Positions 51,420 through 60,277 of a stretch of 64,000 nucleotides of DNA are shown in pieces. The notes under the pieces were generated by a model. It worked only from the letters and a program-made list of their open reading frames with translations, made no database searches and was not told the origin of the DNA. The translations under genes were made by a program, and so were the position numbers. This stretch comes from an uncultured virus (IMG/VR IMGVR_UViG_3300023239_000006) (lineage: Duplodnaviria > Heunggongvirae > Uroviricota > Caudoviricetes): the IMG/VR virus record IMGVR_UViG_3300023239_000006, positions 62,001 to 126,000 of that record, one strand, 5' to 3'. Each line of letters starts with the position of its first letter. Positions within the stretch are counted from its first letter, which is position 1.

Positions 51420-51721
51420 AAAATAGTTTTAGTTGATTTATTAATGTCGGTTTTAAGTCTAACTATATCAACCTTAAACTCTATTTTCACAATCTCGTCT
51501 TTATATTCTCGAAGCGTTTCTACTAATCTAGTAGCAATTGTATCTTGGTCTAAACTGATAGTCTGTTCTTTAATATTAATTTCCCATACTCTGCCGTTAG
51601 CAAACTCTAGATGAACTACATCTAGATAAGCTATAGGCACCGTATTCATATAAAGATCCTCAAAGACTTCTGGCCATTCTTTGACCAGATGTCTTGGAGG
51701 TTTAAACAGCCGACTAGGCAT
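51416..51721 (-). CDS. hypothetical protein
   Basis: 101-aa ORF at the end of a tightly packed minus-strand operon. Confidence 0.7.
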   Translation of the reverse strand: MPSRLFKPPRHLVKEWPEVFEDLYMNTVPIAYLDVVHLEFANGRVWEINIKEQTISLDQDTIATRLVETLREYKDEIVKIEFKVDIVRLKTDINKSTKTIF

Positions 51722-52358
51722 CTACTGATTCTTTAGCCTTTGTTGTTTTTTTAGCCGGAGGATCTAACTCGTCTGCATCTTTACGTAGCTTGGCTGCTTC
51801 TTTATACATGGCATCTGCTTGACTACGATAACTTTTAGCAATATCTTTATCAGACAATGCTTCGTTTGATACAGCTTGAGCACGTACTGGCGCAGGAATG
51901 TCAGTGTCAACTGCCGGTACAACTTCTTTCTTCGGTTGCTCTCGCAACTTAACTGATGGAGTTGATCCCTTAACGAAGTTACATAGCTCGTCGATTGTGC
52001 AATTCTTTTGCTCTGCAATCAATACATTTAATTGATCCAACGGCATATTATGCTGATTAGTTGGAGTCATAATAACTGAATCAGATGGAACCTTCTGCAT
52101 ACGATTATCAATTTGCATAGCCTGCAACATTGGTCTACCGTCTGGGAAATACTTGACAAACATCTGCTCACCAAATTCAAATGAATCTTGTGCAGGCTCA
52201 GTTTCGACTAGATCCATAATAGCATTATGATATTGATCTGGCAATGTTGCTGTAGGCAACACTAATGACATATGTGATTCGCCTGGCAATGTACGGAAAA
52301 CAACAATAACTTTATTACCGCTGTTTTTCATTTTACCGATGTGTTTTAATGACTGCAT
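51714..52358 (-). CDS. hypothetical protein
   Basis: 214 aa; GGAGG RBS. Confidence 0.75.
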   Translation of the reverse strand: MQSLKHIGKMKNSGNKVIVVFRTLPGESHMSLVLPTATLPDQYHNAIMDLVETEPAQDSFEFGEQMFVKYFPDGRPMLQAMQIDNRMQKVPSDSVIMTPTNQHNMPLDQLNVLIAEQKNCTIDELCNFVKGSTPSVKLREQPKKEVVPAVDTDIPAPVRAQAVSNEALSDKDIAKSYRSQADAMYKEAAKLRKDADELDPPAKKTTKAKESVDA

Positions 52359-52359
52359 A

Positions 52360-52584
52360 TTAAGCCTCCTTTTTGTTTGCTACAGATTCTAAGAATGTGT
52401 TTAACTTATTGAAAGTTTTACCTACCGCTTCTAGCTCTGCTGCTTTAAACGCCCCGCGCTGACTTGCTACTTCTATAATACTCTTTAGTGCAACTAGATC
52501 GCTGATATTAAGATCAGTACTAGATTGTGCTCCTTGAGCTGGCTGTGCTGCAACATCTTCGATTGCTTTAACTTCTTCTGTCAT
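52360..52584 (-). CDS. hypothetical protein
   Basis: 74 aa; AGGAG RBS; 'IIEVASQRGAFKAAEL..VG..FNKL' small helical protein. Confidence 0.75.
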   Translation of the reverse strand: MTEEVKAIEDVAAQPAQGAQSSTDLNISDLVALKSIIEVASQRGAFKAAELEAVGKTFNKLNTFLESVANKKEA

Positions 52585-52585
52585 A

Positions 52586-52858
52586 TTAGGTTCTCCTTAA
52601 ATGTGGACAGGCTAACATAAAGTATGTTAGTTCTTTTTGGTCTTCAAACGCCACAAACGTGGCAGATTTTAATTTTCCGTCTTTATCAATTGCAGGTGAT
52701 CGAACAACACAATATCGTCCTTTCAGTCTAGCATCAACCCAATCAATTAACTCATTATCAAATAGTACCATCTCTCCAATTTTTGTTTTGGCAAAATGTG
52801 GAGGCAATGTGCTTACTCTACGTTGTTTTAAAATAGCAATAGGGTTGAGATTGAACAT
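52586..52858 (-). CDS. hypothetical protein
   Basis: 90 aa; perfect TATAAATA just upstream. Confidence 0.7.
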   Translation of the reverse strand: MFNLNPIAILKQRRVSTLPPHFAKTKIGEMVLFDNELIDWVDARLKGRYCVVRSPAIDKDGKLKSATFVAFEDQKELTYFMLACPHLRRT

Positions 52859-52866
52859 AGTGAAAA

Positions 52867-52874
52867 TATTTATA
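52867..52874 (-). promoter_or_regulatory. T4 late promoter consensus TATAAATA
   Basis: Exact T4 gp55 consensus in an intergenic gap. Confidence 0.65.
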
Positions 52875-52885
52875 AATTATTGTTG

Positions 52886-53284
52886 TTAGGTTGCTGATTC
52901 TTGGCTAAATCTTTTTGCTAGGGCCTTGTTATATCCTATCTTACGGATATCCCCAGAAAATAGATAAAGCTCGAATGCAGCACGTTCACGTAGTACAATG
53001 ATATATTTTTTTGTTATAAAATAGGGAGATTCAATAAAGTTATCCAACCAAACTAGTACTTGAGGAGTAATAGCAAAGTCTTTAGGAAAGTCTACTTTAT
53101 ATGTTTTAATTTTAGCATGATCGTTGATAAACGTCAATGCGTGTTCACTCAAACGTTGCCCGCCTTTGTCCTTATCGCGAACGTTCCACCACCACAGACT
53201 GCGATATTGTTTGAGCGTATCCGAGTCGGCTGGTTGTCCTGCAGCCTCTAAGAATACCTTAGTATAGGTATCCTTGATGTCCAT
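52886..53284 (-). CDS. hypothetical protein
   Basis: 132-aa ORF, tightly packed. Confidence 0.7.
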   Translation of the reverse strand: MDIKDTYTKVFLEAAGQPADSDTLKQYRSLWWWNVRDKDKGGQRLSEHALTFINDHAKIKTYKVDFPKDFAITPQVLVWLDNFIESPYFITKKYIIVLRERAAFELYLFSGDIRKIGYNKALAKRFSQESAT

Positions 53285-53285
53285 A

Positions 53286-53570
53286 TTATTCTACCTTTTC
53301 ACCAGTGGTTAATTTGTATACTTCAAAGTCTTCAGTTTTAAAAAGACGATTTAGTTTCTTAGCAAGATTATGCGCATGACCAGGATTGCTAAAACTTACT
53401 TTCTTATATTTTGGGCCGGGGTAGCTAGCAACTAGACTACCACTCTTTAGATTAAAAGGTTGGCCTTTATAGAAAACCGCCCAGATAGCTTCACTATTAA
53501 GAATCTGTTCGATCTTAAAGTTTTCTTTATTTGCATGTTCTAACAATACTTTTGGCTTTGGTCTGCTCAT
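53286..53570 (-). CDS. hypothetical protein
   Basis: 94 aa, basic; AGGA RBS and TATAAATA upstream. Confidence 0.75.
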   Translation of the reverse strand: MSRPKPKVLLEHANKENFKIEQILNSEAIWAVFYKGQPFNLKSGSLVASYPGPKYKKVSFSNPGHAHNLAKKLNRLFKTEDFEVYKLTTGEKVE

Positions 53571-53600
53571 ACTATACGTGTTCCTAGTTAACCACGTATA

Positions 53601-53608
53601 TATTTATA
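53601..53608 (-). promoter_or_regulatory. T4 late promoter consensus TATAAATA
   Basis: Exact consensus in an intergenic gap. Confidence 0.65.
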
Positions 53609-53860
53609 TCAATTAAAGCCGCCCCCGTCGAACTTAACATCGATATTAGTAGTTGATTCCTTAATTACAGACAACATAGCATGTATTTCTTGTACAGTCT
53701 TGCCTAATTTGCTAGTCATAATAGCTAATTCTGCTGTTAGATCTCTAGCTTCTTGAATACTGATACGAATATCTTTTTGTTGACTACGTTCGGCAGCAAC
53801 TACCCGCTGAATTAGCTTTTCTACACTAGGTAGATTAGTAGGAAGATTACTTTGAGACAT
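53609..53860 (-). CDS. hypothetical protein
   Basis: 83-aa helical ORF overlapping the upstream gene. Confidence 0.7.
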   Translation of the reverse strand: MSQSNLPTNLPSVEKLIQRVVAAERSQQKDIRISIQEARDLTAELAIMTSKLGKTVQEIHAMLSVIKESTTNIDVKFDGGGFN

Positions 53861-54326
53861 TTGCTAGTACCTGCTTCATTTCAATTTCTGTTTTAAACGG
53901 ACCTTGATATTCATAGCGTTGTAATGTAATAAGTTTGGGACAGTGACTCTTGACCCACCCTTTTTCAAATTTAATAACATAGTATCCAGCACAGTACAAA
54001 CTCTTGCTATCTCCGCTCTTAGTAAAGAGTGGAAGCTTTCTTTGAATATCAAACATTGAGTTGTGCGGAGTGGCACTAGTTGTATATCCGTGGACTTCAT
54101 TTGGTTCTGCACCTGTTGCTTCTTTAATAATCTTAACAACAAAAAACGCTTTGCCAAACTCTCGAGTTAGACTTTCTTTGTTATCGTAAATTTTAATTCC
54201 AAATTCATTGCTTAGAACAAACCGGTTGTCATCATTCATCCTAAGTGTTCCAAACTTTTCTCCGCCTTTTTCAACAATCCAAAATTTATTGTCGATGATC
54301 GGTTTAGCATGTAGTTCTGTTGTCAT
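53847..54326 (-). CDS. hypothetical protein
   Basis: 159 aa, coupled to the RNase H gene. Confidence 0.7.
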   Translation of the reverse strand: MTTELHAKPIIDNKFWIVEKGGEKFGTLRMNDDNRFVLSNEFGIKIYDNKESLTREFGKAFFVVKIIKEATGAEPNEVHGYTTSATPHNSMFDIQRKLPLFTKSGDSKSLYCAGYYVIKFEKGWVKSHCPKLITLQRYEYQGPFKTEIEMKQVLANVSK

Positions 54327-55309
54327 AGTGTGTATCTCGCATTTAAAGGTTCAGCATATGCTTGTGCTTGATCTGAAATCTTCTTTAGATCGTACAGTCC
54401 GCAAAACTTCATAAGTCGCAGACCAACTTGACTAATGTTTTTATTAGCACTAGTTGCTTCTGCAATATTCTCAACCATAATAGATTTAATATCGTCGGGC
54501 TGGTGTGCAAGGTCGATGAGTCGACGATTGCGTTCGTAATCTTCTAGCACTCGATGTTCTAGTCCGTTGTGGTCAGTCCATCTCTGTAGCATTAGGTTGT
54601 TCCACGAAAAGCCTTTGCTTTTACGATCTTCAAACGCTTCAGTGAGGCCTACTTTTTTGCTTGTGCCTTTAGTGCGTACACCGGGATATGCTGAGAAGAC
54701 ATTATCGCTAGTATCGCCACGCATACATTTTTCAAACAACAACCACTCTGGATCTGGGATTGCTTTAGGTAGTTGTGTTTTCTTGTCAATGACTCTTTTA
54801 CCTTTTGCGTCAAATACGCCTTCATGGGTAATTGTAGTTTCCATTACACCGTTGTACTGTTTTACATTAGGCGCAATTAATTGTACAAAGTCAGTGTCAG
54901 TACTAATAATGATGTGATTGTCGTTAGGATGACTCTGTATCCAGCCAGCAATAAGATCATCTGCTTCTAGGCGAGGATGTTGCATAACTGTACAGTTAGT
55001 CTTATCTTTGATAAAGTCTTTAAACGTGTCAAATGCTTCCCAGAAGATTTTTTCTTCGTCTGCTTCTTTTTCGGTATGTGCGGCACGAGCTGCTGCACGT
55101 TGAGCTTTATAAGGCTTGTAGTAATCTTTGCGCCAGCTGCGACCTTCTAAACAGAAGATAACGTGACTGCCGTTAAAGTCTTGCCACGCCTTCTTCACGC
55201 TGTTAAGAGTGATATGAAACGCCATGCCTAGCTTAATATCAGCGTCGCCGTTAATAACGTGTCTAGCACGAAAGAATGTATTTGCTGTATCAACTATAAT
55301 GTAATTCAT
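54323..55309 (-). CDS. rnh: T4-type RNase H / 5'-3' flap exonuclease
   Basis: IIVD, WRKDYY..YKA.R, EADDLIA, STDTDFVQL and GDTSDNV acidic motifs of the FEN/5'-nuclease family. Confidence 0.9.
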   Translation of the reverse strand: MNYIIVDTANTFFRARHVINGDADIKLGMAFHITLNSVKKAWQDFNGSHVIFCLEGRSWRKDYYKPYKAQRAAARAAHTEKEADEEKIFWEAFDTFKDFIKDKTNCTVMQHPRLEADDLIAGWIQSHPNDNHIIISTDTDFVQLIAPNVKQYNGVMETTITHEGVFDAKGKRVIDKKTQLPKAIPDPEWLLFEKCMRGDTSDNVFSAYPGVRTKGTSKKVGLTEAFEDRKSKGFSWNNLMLQRWTDHNGLEHRVLEDYERNRRLIDLAHQPDDIKSIMVENIAEATSANKNISQVGLRLMKFCGLYDLKKISDQAQAYAEPLNARYTL

Positions 55310-55746
55310 TTGTTGTTCTTTTTAACTGTGTTAATATCGATCACACCAGTGTTTACTGCACCGCCGAAATCACCATCTATCACTACGCCTGCGCATAGTT
55401 CACGGAACCAACGATCGACAATCTCTTCTTCTTTGTCGCCATCAAACCCGTAACCTTCTTGCTTTAATTTTAACACAAACTGTTCGTTCCAGTCAAGCTC
55501 AAAAAACCCATTACGGATGTTGTCTTTGTTTACATGTGTTTCGATTACACCTACCCAAGGTTCTTTTAAACGAGTTGCTTTATCTTTTGCGCTAAGTTTC
55601 GCTACTTCTTCTGCTTCTTTAGCAAGCACTGCTTGTTCTGTTGCTTCTTTTGCAATTTGTATAGAACGTTCTGCATCTTCTACAGCACGTTTAGTTTCGG
55701 CTTTGATCTTATCAATGCCAAACAATTTTTCAACCCACTTGTTCAT
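55306..55746 (-). CDS. hypothetical protein
   Basis: Start chosen at ATG 55746, which overlaps the queE stop (TAATG). Confidence 0.7.
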   Translation of the reverse strand: MNKWVEKLFGIDKIKAETKRAVEDAERSIQIAKEATEQAVLAKEAEEVAKLSAKDKATRLKEPWVGVIETHVNKDNIRNGFFELDWNEQFVLKLKQEGYGFDGDKEEEIVDRWFRELCAGVVIDGDFGGAVNTGVIDINTVKKNNK

Positions 55747-56591
55747 TATGTACCCCACTCATTTTTAAACAGCGGCACTTGCAGTCGGTCACTGTATCGC
55801 AAACCGTTCTTCATAGCTAGCACTGCTACGTTCTTATTGTTCATAGCATATACACTTTCGACACCGCCGACTGGCATTAAGTAGACATGTCCTTTAAACC
55901 CTGCTGCACGGAATGCAGCAATTGCACGTTCGGCATCGGCAAAGTCTTGTTCTGTAGCAATAACAAACTTCAAATATGCTGTACCAACTTCTTCATACTC
56001 ACAAACAACTTCTGGCTTAATAGCGTCTTCCCACTTTTCACCACTGCATGGCAGTTTAGCACTTACACTGAATGTAAGTTCTTTACCTACTTCACTATTC
56101 CACTTAGCCAAGAAACCTTTAAACTCCGGAGTCAGTTTTTGAGTACCGTTTGTTTCAAAAGTAATCTCTTTCAAGTCACGCATCTTGGTGTTGTTAAGCA
56201 AATCCGGATAAGCACGTTGCCAGCCCAGTAGCGGCTCGCCGCCTGTAATAACCAAGTGTTCGTCCTTCCAATGATCCTGCGGGAGAATTTCCATAATACG
56301 ATCTACAATTGCTTCGCTTGTAAGCATCGGACTAAGAGTTTTGAACTCTGGCATCCAGCTAGCGTAGCTATCACAGCCAGTACTAACTAGTGGCAAGTCC
56401 TCGTATTTTGCAAACATATGAGCAACTACTGAAATTTCTTCAGCTTCCTTGCTTAGTTCACCTCTAGGCATGCCAAATCCGCTACACGTAAAGTTGCAAC
56501 CAAATGTGCGTAGAAATACAGAAGGGACGCCCATATAACGTCCTTCACCTTGAATGCTGTAAAACAGCTCTGCGATTTTAATTTTACTCAT
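55746..56591 (-). CDS. queE: 7-carboxy-7-deazaguanine synthase (radical SAM)
   Basis: 'ELFYSIQGEG..G.PSVFLRTFGCNF.C...CDS', ITGGEP, ETNGT and RLQ motifs; same cluster as folE. Confidence 0.9.
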   Translation of the reverse strand: MSKIKIAELFYSIQGEGRYMGVPSVFLRTFGCNFTCSGFGMPRGELSKEAEEISVVAHMFAKYEDLPLVSTGCDSYASWMPEFKTLSPMLTSEAIVDRIMEILPQDHWKDEHLVITGGEPLLGWQRAYPDLLNNTKMRDLKEITFETNGTQKLTPEFKGFLAKWNSEVGKELTFSVSAKLPCSGEKWEDAIKPEVVCEYEEVGTAYLKFVIATEQDFADAERAIAAFRAAGFKGHVYLMPVGGVESVYAMNNKNVAVLAMKNGLRYSDRLQVPLFKNEWGT

Positions 56592-56772
56592 AGTTTATTA
56601 TACACTCTTTTTCTGTAATTGCCAAGAACCGTTGCCTTGATCTAGCCATTCTAATGTGTCTCCTTCTTTCCAATTTTGCATATCTAACAGATCTTGCGGT
56701 ATTGGCATAATAAGATCGCCATTCTCGGGATCTTCTTTTAGGGTAACTGTCCAGTGTGTCATATTCTATCAC
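56584..56772 (-). CDS. hypothetical basic protein
   Basis: 62 aa, Arg-rich, overlaps both neighbours. Confidence 0.4.
   Translation of the reverse strand: MIEYDTLDSYPKRRSREWRSYYANTARSVRYAKLERRRHIRMARSRQRFLAITEKECIINYE
56597..56625 (-). promoter_or_regulatory. sigma70-type promoter for queE (likely leaderless)
   Basis: TTGGCA, 17-nt spacer, TATAAT ending 5 nt before the ATG. Confidence 0.6.
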
Positions 56773-56953
56773 TTAATAATATTTTACAAAGTAATGCGTC
56801 TTGTTCGTTATTGAACTCAAACGACATTGAATTTTCTGTAGGATGGGATGTGTACTTATCACCAGGAAGCCCAAACTGTTCTAAAACCATCGCGCAGGTT
56901 TCATTCCACCAATGACTATTTTGATTATCCCAAGGAACGAGTATAGTATTCAT
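56759..56953 (-). CDS. hypothetical protein
   Basis: 64 aa, coupled to the upstream gene; GAGG RBS. Confidence 0.65.
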   Translation of the reverse strand: MNTILVPWDNQNSHWWNETCAMVLEQFGLPGDKYTSHPTENSMSFEFNNEQDALLCKILLSDRI

Positions 56954-57192
56954 CGGCCTCTTAAATTAGTACTAGTCTTACTAATCTTAGGACCTGCGCT
57001 TTCAAAGTCCATGCCCGCCATGCGACCTTCATACTTACTACCATTCCAATTCATCAATAGTTTAACACTCTTGTTCATAACCACAGTAAGGTTACGTCCC
57101 TCGTTACACTGCATGACTTCAGCCTCCATCTCTCTTTTACTGGAAACCTGAGTAACAGTACAGGTGTTATCGTGCCTAGTTATTACACTCAT
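56950..57192 (-). CDS. hypothetical protein
   Basis: Start at ATG 57192 overlapping the PRTase stop (ATGA). Confidence 0.65.
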   Translation of the reverse strand: MSVITRHDNTCTVTQVSSKREMEAEVMQCNEGRNLTVVMNKSVKLLMNWNGSKYEGRMAGMDFESAGPKISKTSTNLRGR

Positions 57193-57686
57193 TTTGTCCA
57201 CCATTCTTCATAAGGAAATTCAATCCACACATCGTTTTCGGCTTTGTTAACTTCCATACCACAGTAGTTCATACCTACGCTGCATTGGCTAGATAAGTTA
57301 TCAACAACAACAGCAAATCTTACGTTGTTACTCCAGATCTGTTGCCAACTGGTGTCATCTGGAAAACAGCCACTTGGCCAATCATTCATCAGCCAGTTTA
57401 GTGTACTGCCTTGATCATTAATGTCGTCAACAACAAGAATGTTCTTTCCGTAAAACGCATCTTCAGCCATGCCTAGATTGCTAGTACATTCTCCGCCGTC
57501 ACGCAAACTGATATCTAACGATTGCATGGGAACGTTTAAGTAATGGCTGATCATTACAGCAGGCAATAATCCGCCTCTTGTAAGTCCTACAATGAAATCC
57601 GGCTTCCAATTATCTGCGGCAATTTCTCTACAGATAGTAGAAACTAAACCTTTAAATTTTCTGTCATTAATTATGAGTTTGTTCAT
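57189..57686 (-). CDS. type I purine phosphoribosyltransferase (Gpt/Hpt-like)
   Basis: VGLTRGGL, ILVVDDINDQGST PRPP-binding loop and WIEFPYE. Confidence 0.9.
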   Translation of the reverse strand: MNKLIINDRKFKGLVSTICREIAADNWKPDFIVGLTRGGLLPAVMISHYLNVPMQSLDISLRDGGECTSNLGMAEDAFYGKNILVVDDINDQGSTLNWLMNDWPSGCFPDDTSWQQIWSNNVRFAVVVDNLSSQCSVGMNYCGMEVNKAENDVWIEFPYEEWWTK

Positions 57687-58143
57687 TTTGTTCTTTACGA
57701 GTTTTTAAATAATATTCATTTTGAATCCATTCATCATTTACTAGAAATCCCCATTCTCGTTTGTGGGGACCTGGCATAAACAATGTCCAAGGAGTTATTC
57801 CTTCTTTTAATTCAATGCGGTGATAACTAGTAGGGCTAGACACGCGAAAATGACCGGGTCCACGCCACTTACGAATCTCGCAACTTTTTGTACCATCTGG
57901 ATTAAATTCTGGAATCCATTCATAATAGCCACCTTTTAAAATTAAAGTAAAATAACTCCATGGATGATCGTGAACATCATCTGGATCACCTTTATGGAAC
58001 TTGTGTAGAAACACATTAAACGGAAAATGCTTTCGATCTTTTAGAAAAAGATAATAACGGGTTAACAACGGTTCGTTGCTCACTCGATCCATAATTATAC
58101 GTTTACGACCCAGCCTATCTAAAAAATCGAGAAACCATTTCAT
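57667..58143 (-). CDS. cupin-like hypothetical protein
   Basis: LH...D.D..HDHPW...GGY.E...HRI metal-binding pattern. Confidence 0.55.
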   Translation of the reverse strand: MKWFLDFLDRLGRKRIIMDRVSNEPLLTRYYLFLKDRKHFPFNVFLHKFHKGDPDDVHDHPWSYFTLILKGGYYEWIPEFNPDGTKSCEIRKWRGPGHFRVSSPTSYHRIELKEGITPWTLFMPGPHKREWGFLVNDEWIQNEYYLKTRKEQNEQTHN

Positions 58144-58179
58144 TTACGTGTCTCCATATTTACTAAAGAAGCAATACAC

Positions 58180-58896
58180 TTATCGCTTATTGGATTCTTG
58201 GAGACTCAATGTATCAAAGAACTCTTTCTTTGTACCTGGATCTTTATTAAACGCACCTTTAAGCACTGAAGTAGTTGTTGAACTATCGTGTGCCATTATG
58301 CCTCGGTTCTCACAACATCCATGAGTCATTCTTAAATATACACCTACGTTTTCTGAATCAGTTGCTTTACTAATTTCTCGAGCAATGTCATTACATAGTT
58401 CCTCTTGTAGGGTGCCACGGCGAGCGCACCACTGAGCAATGCGAGTATACTTGCTAAGACCAATTAGTTTTTCTGCCGCAATAATGCCAATATAAGCAAC
58501 CCCAGTAACGGGTTGGTGATGATGTGAACACATACTACGAAGTTCACTGCGAACCACGAGCATGCCTTCGTAACGGTCTGCCGAATTGTTTGGAAATGCT
58601 GTTACGTCTGGTGCTGGATCATATCTGCCTGTCATGATTTCATTAAAGTACATTTTAGCAAGCCGCTTTGCAGTGCCTTTGCTATTTGGATCTGTTTCTC
58701 GATCAATAAGCAAGCGATCTAGCACACCTTCAAATGCTTCTGCTGCTTCGGTGATTAGTGTATCCTTTTCAACATCGCTAACGTATTCGCTGATGTTGTC
58801 TCCTGCCCAAAACCGTTTGTTATCGCGTTTGAGTTTGTCGCGGATAACCTGGCTTAGCGGTCTTCCGTCTTCTTCTCTATAATTCAATTGTGTCAA
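58180..58896 (-). CDS. folE: GTP cyclohydrolase I
   Basis: SMCSHHH, GLSKY.R, LQE and HGC..RG motifs; TTG start with GGAG RBS. Confidence 0.95.
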   Translation of the reverse strand: MTQLNYREEDGRPLSQVIRDKLKRDNKRFWAGDNISEYVSDVEKDTLITEAAEAFEGVLDRLLIDRETDPNSKGTAKRLAKMYFNEIMTGRYDPAPDVTAFPNNSADRYEGMLVVRSELRSMCSHHHQPVTGVAYIGIIAAEKLIGLSKYTRIAQWCARRGTLQEELCNDIAREISKATDSENVGVYLRMTHGCCENRGIMAHDSSTTTSVLKGAFNKDPGTKKEFFDTLSLQESNKR

Positions 58897-58938
58897 TATA
58901 TTTCTCCGATGTTTAAGCAGTGGATTGCCTGTATAGTT

Positions 58939-60012
58939 TTATTTTAGCATCTCTAATAGTTTATTGCAACTAAAATAATGTTCAGTTAATGCATCTACTT
59001 GTTTATTTAGGCTGGGTAAAAACTTTTCGTAATTTTCCATGTACTGTATAATCTTGTAGCAGATTTCTTGTCTATGGATATTATAGTTCTCCCAAGTATC
59101 AGTCCATTCGCTCGGATACTTGAAAGTATCAAATGCCATTTCGCTGTAGCTTAGTCTATCTGGCATCATTGGAACAGCGCCCACTAATGCACCTTCATAC
59201 CAACTAATGCCTAACGTTTCTTGCAAGTTTGCACTAAACACAATCTTAGATTGTCCTAGCAGATTGTGGTATTCATTCTTTGTCAGCTGTTGATCCTGAC
59301 ATACAACAAACTCATACTGAGGCAAGTGCATAGCTAAGTCACGAAAGATATCTACTTGTTTCTCTGGCGCTATGCGATGAGGGAACAGTATAAGGTCACG
59401 CTTTGGCATGTTCTTATACATAGTCAATGTATCTTCCATATACTCCATGGGCCACCCAGTCTGGACAATCTTCTTAGAAACTTTATAGTTATAAACTGTA
59501 CCTAAGTTAACCTCTAACAAATTGTTACGAAACATATCGATATGAAAATTCGTAGCAAAATAGTTATGATCGAACGCATGAAAGAAACTTTTCTCAGCGT
59601 GTCTAACCCAAGGCTTATTACCAACAAGACGTCCTAAAAAGTCTTGTGGGTCATAACTGCCAGCATGCCATAGTCCATGTGTAGTTACTGGAATACCCAG
59701 TAATTCGCTCATGTACTTGAGATTGATGATACCAGGGTGCCAAGCATCAGTAAATATAAAATGATCACCTGGGCGAACGGCTCCATTACAAAATAAACGG
59801 CCCAGCTGCTCAACTTGACTAGCCTTGTATATATTAGTTCCGCCAAAGTTGAGAAACGCTCCAGGAGTAGTTGCACTAGGAATATCCGCAGGGCCTGATA
59901 TAATTTGAACATTGTGTCCTTTCTCTCGTAGTAAGGCAGGCACATGGGACTGCCATTGTCCAGTGTACCTTGTCTCGACTGCTTCTAAATCAACGAGAAA
60001 AATTCTGCTCAT
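58939..60012 (-). CDS. GT-B fold (GT4-like) glycosyltransferase
   Basis: 'ILFPHRIAPEK' and 'SANLQETLGISWYEG' (E-x7-E-type motif), 'PDRLSYSEM'. Confidence 0.8.
   Translation of the reverse strand: MSRIFLVDLEAVETRYTGQWQSHVPALLREKGHNVQIISGPADIPSATTPGAFLNFGGTNIYKASQVEQLGRLFCNGAVRPGDHFIFTDAWHPGIINLKYMSELLGIPVTTHGLWHAGSYDPQDFLGRLVGNKPWVRHAEKSFFHAFDHNYFATNFHIDMFRNNLLEVNLGTVYNYKVSKKIVQTGWPMEYMEDTLTMYKNMPKRDLILFPHRIAPEKQVDIFRDLAMHLPQYEFVVCQDQQLTKNEYHNLLGQSKIVFSANLQETLGISWYEGALVGAVPMMPDRLSYSEMAFDTFKYPSEWTDTWENYNIHRQEICYKIIQYMENYEKFLPSLNKQVDALTEHYFSCNKLLEMLK
58941..58969 (-). promoter_or_regulatory. sigma70-type promoter for folE
   Basis: TTGCAA, 17-nt spacer ending TGc, TAAAAT; embedded in the 3' end of the upstream gene. 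Confidence 0.55.
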
Positions 60013-60247
60013 TGCGCTTTCCGTTATTATCCCAACGTGGGTTCTTGCCTAGGTAAGGCCGGCGCGGTCGCTTGCTTGCTAGGAACGCACCATAGTTAGG
60101 AGCACCTTCTTTGCGGTAAATTTCCGCAGGGTCAAACTCTCGAAGTTCCATACGACAAAAGTCTTGAAACGCTTCCAAGTCATCAAAGATCCGAACAATG
60201 TCGGGGCGATTTTTAAAATAGGCAACGTCGCGGTAATTCTTAGCCAT
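59990..60247 (-). CDS. hypothetical protein
   Basis: 85 aa; AAGGA RBS. Confidence 0.7.
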   Translation of the reverse strand: MAKNYRDVAYFKNRPDIVRIFDDLEAFQDFCRMELREFDPAEIYRKEGAPNYGAFLASKRPRRPYLGKNPRWDNNGKRNEQNFSR

Positions 60248-60277
60248 GTTAGCTTTCCTTAGTACTTAATAATATTA

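Noticed and set aside
58897..58940. Canonical preQ1-I riboswitch upstream of folE
   Set aside because: The loop is only 6 nt and the A-rich tail is short compared with the known consensus. Kept only as an unclassified candidate element.
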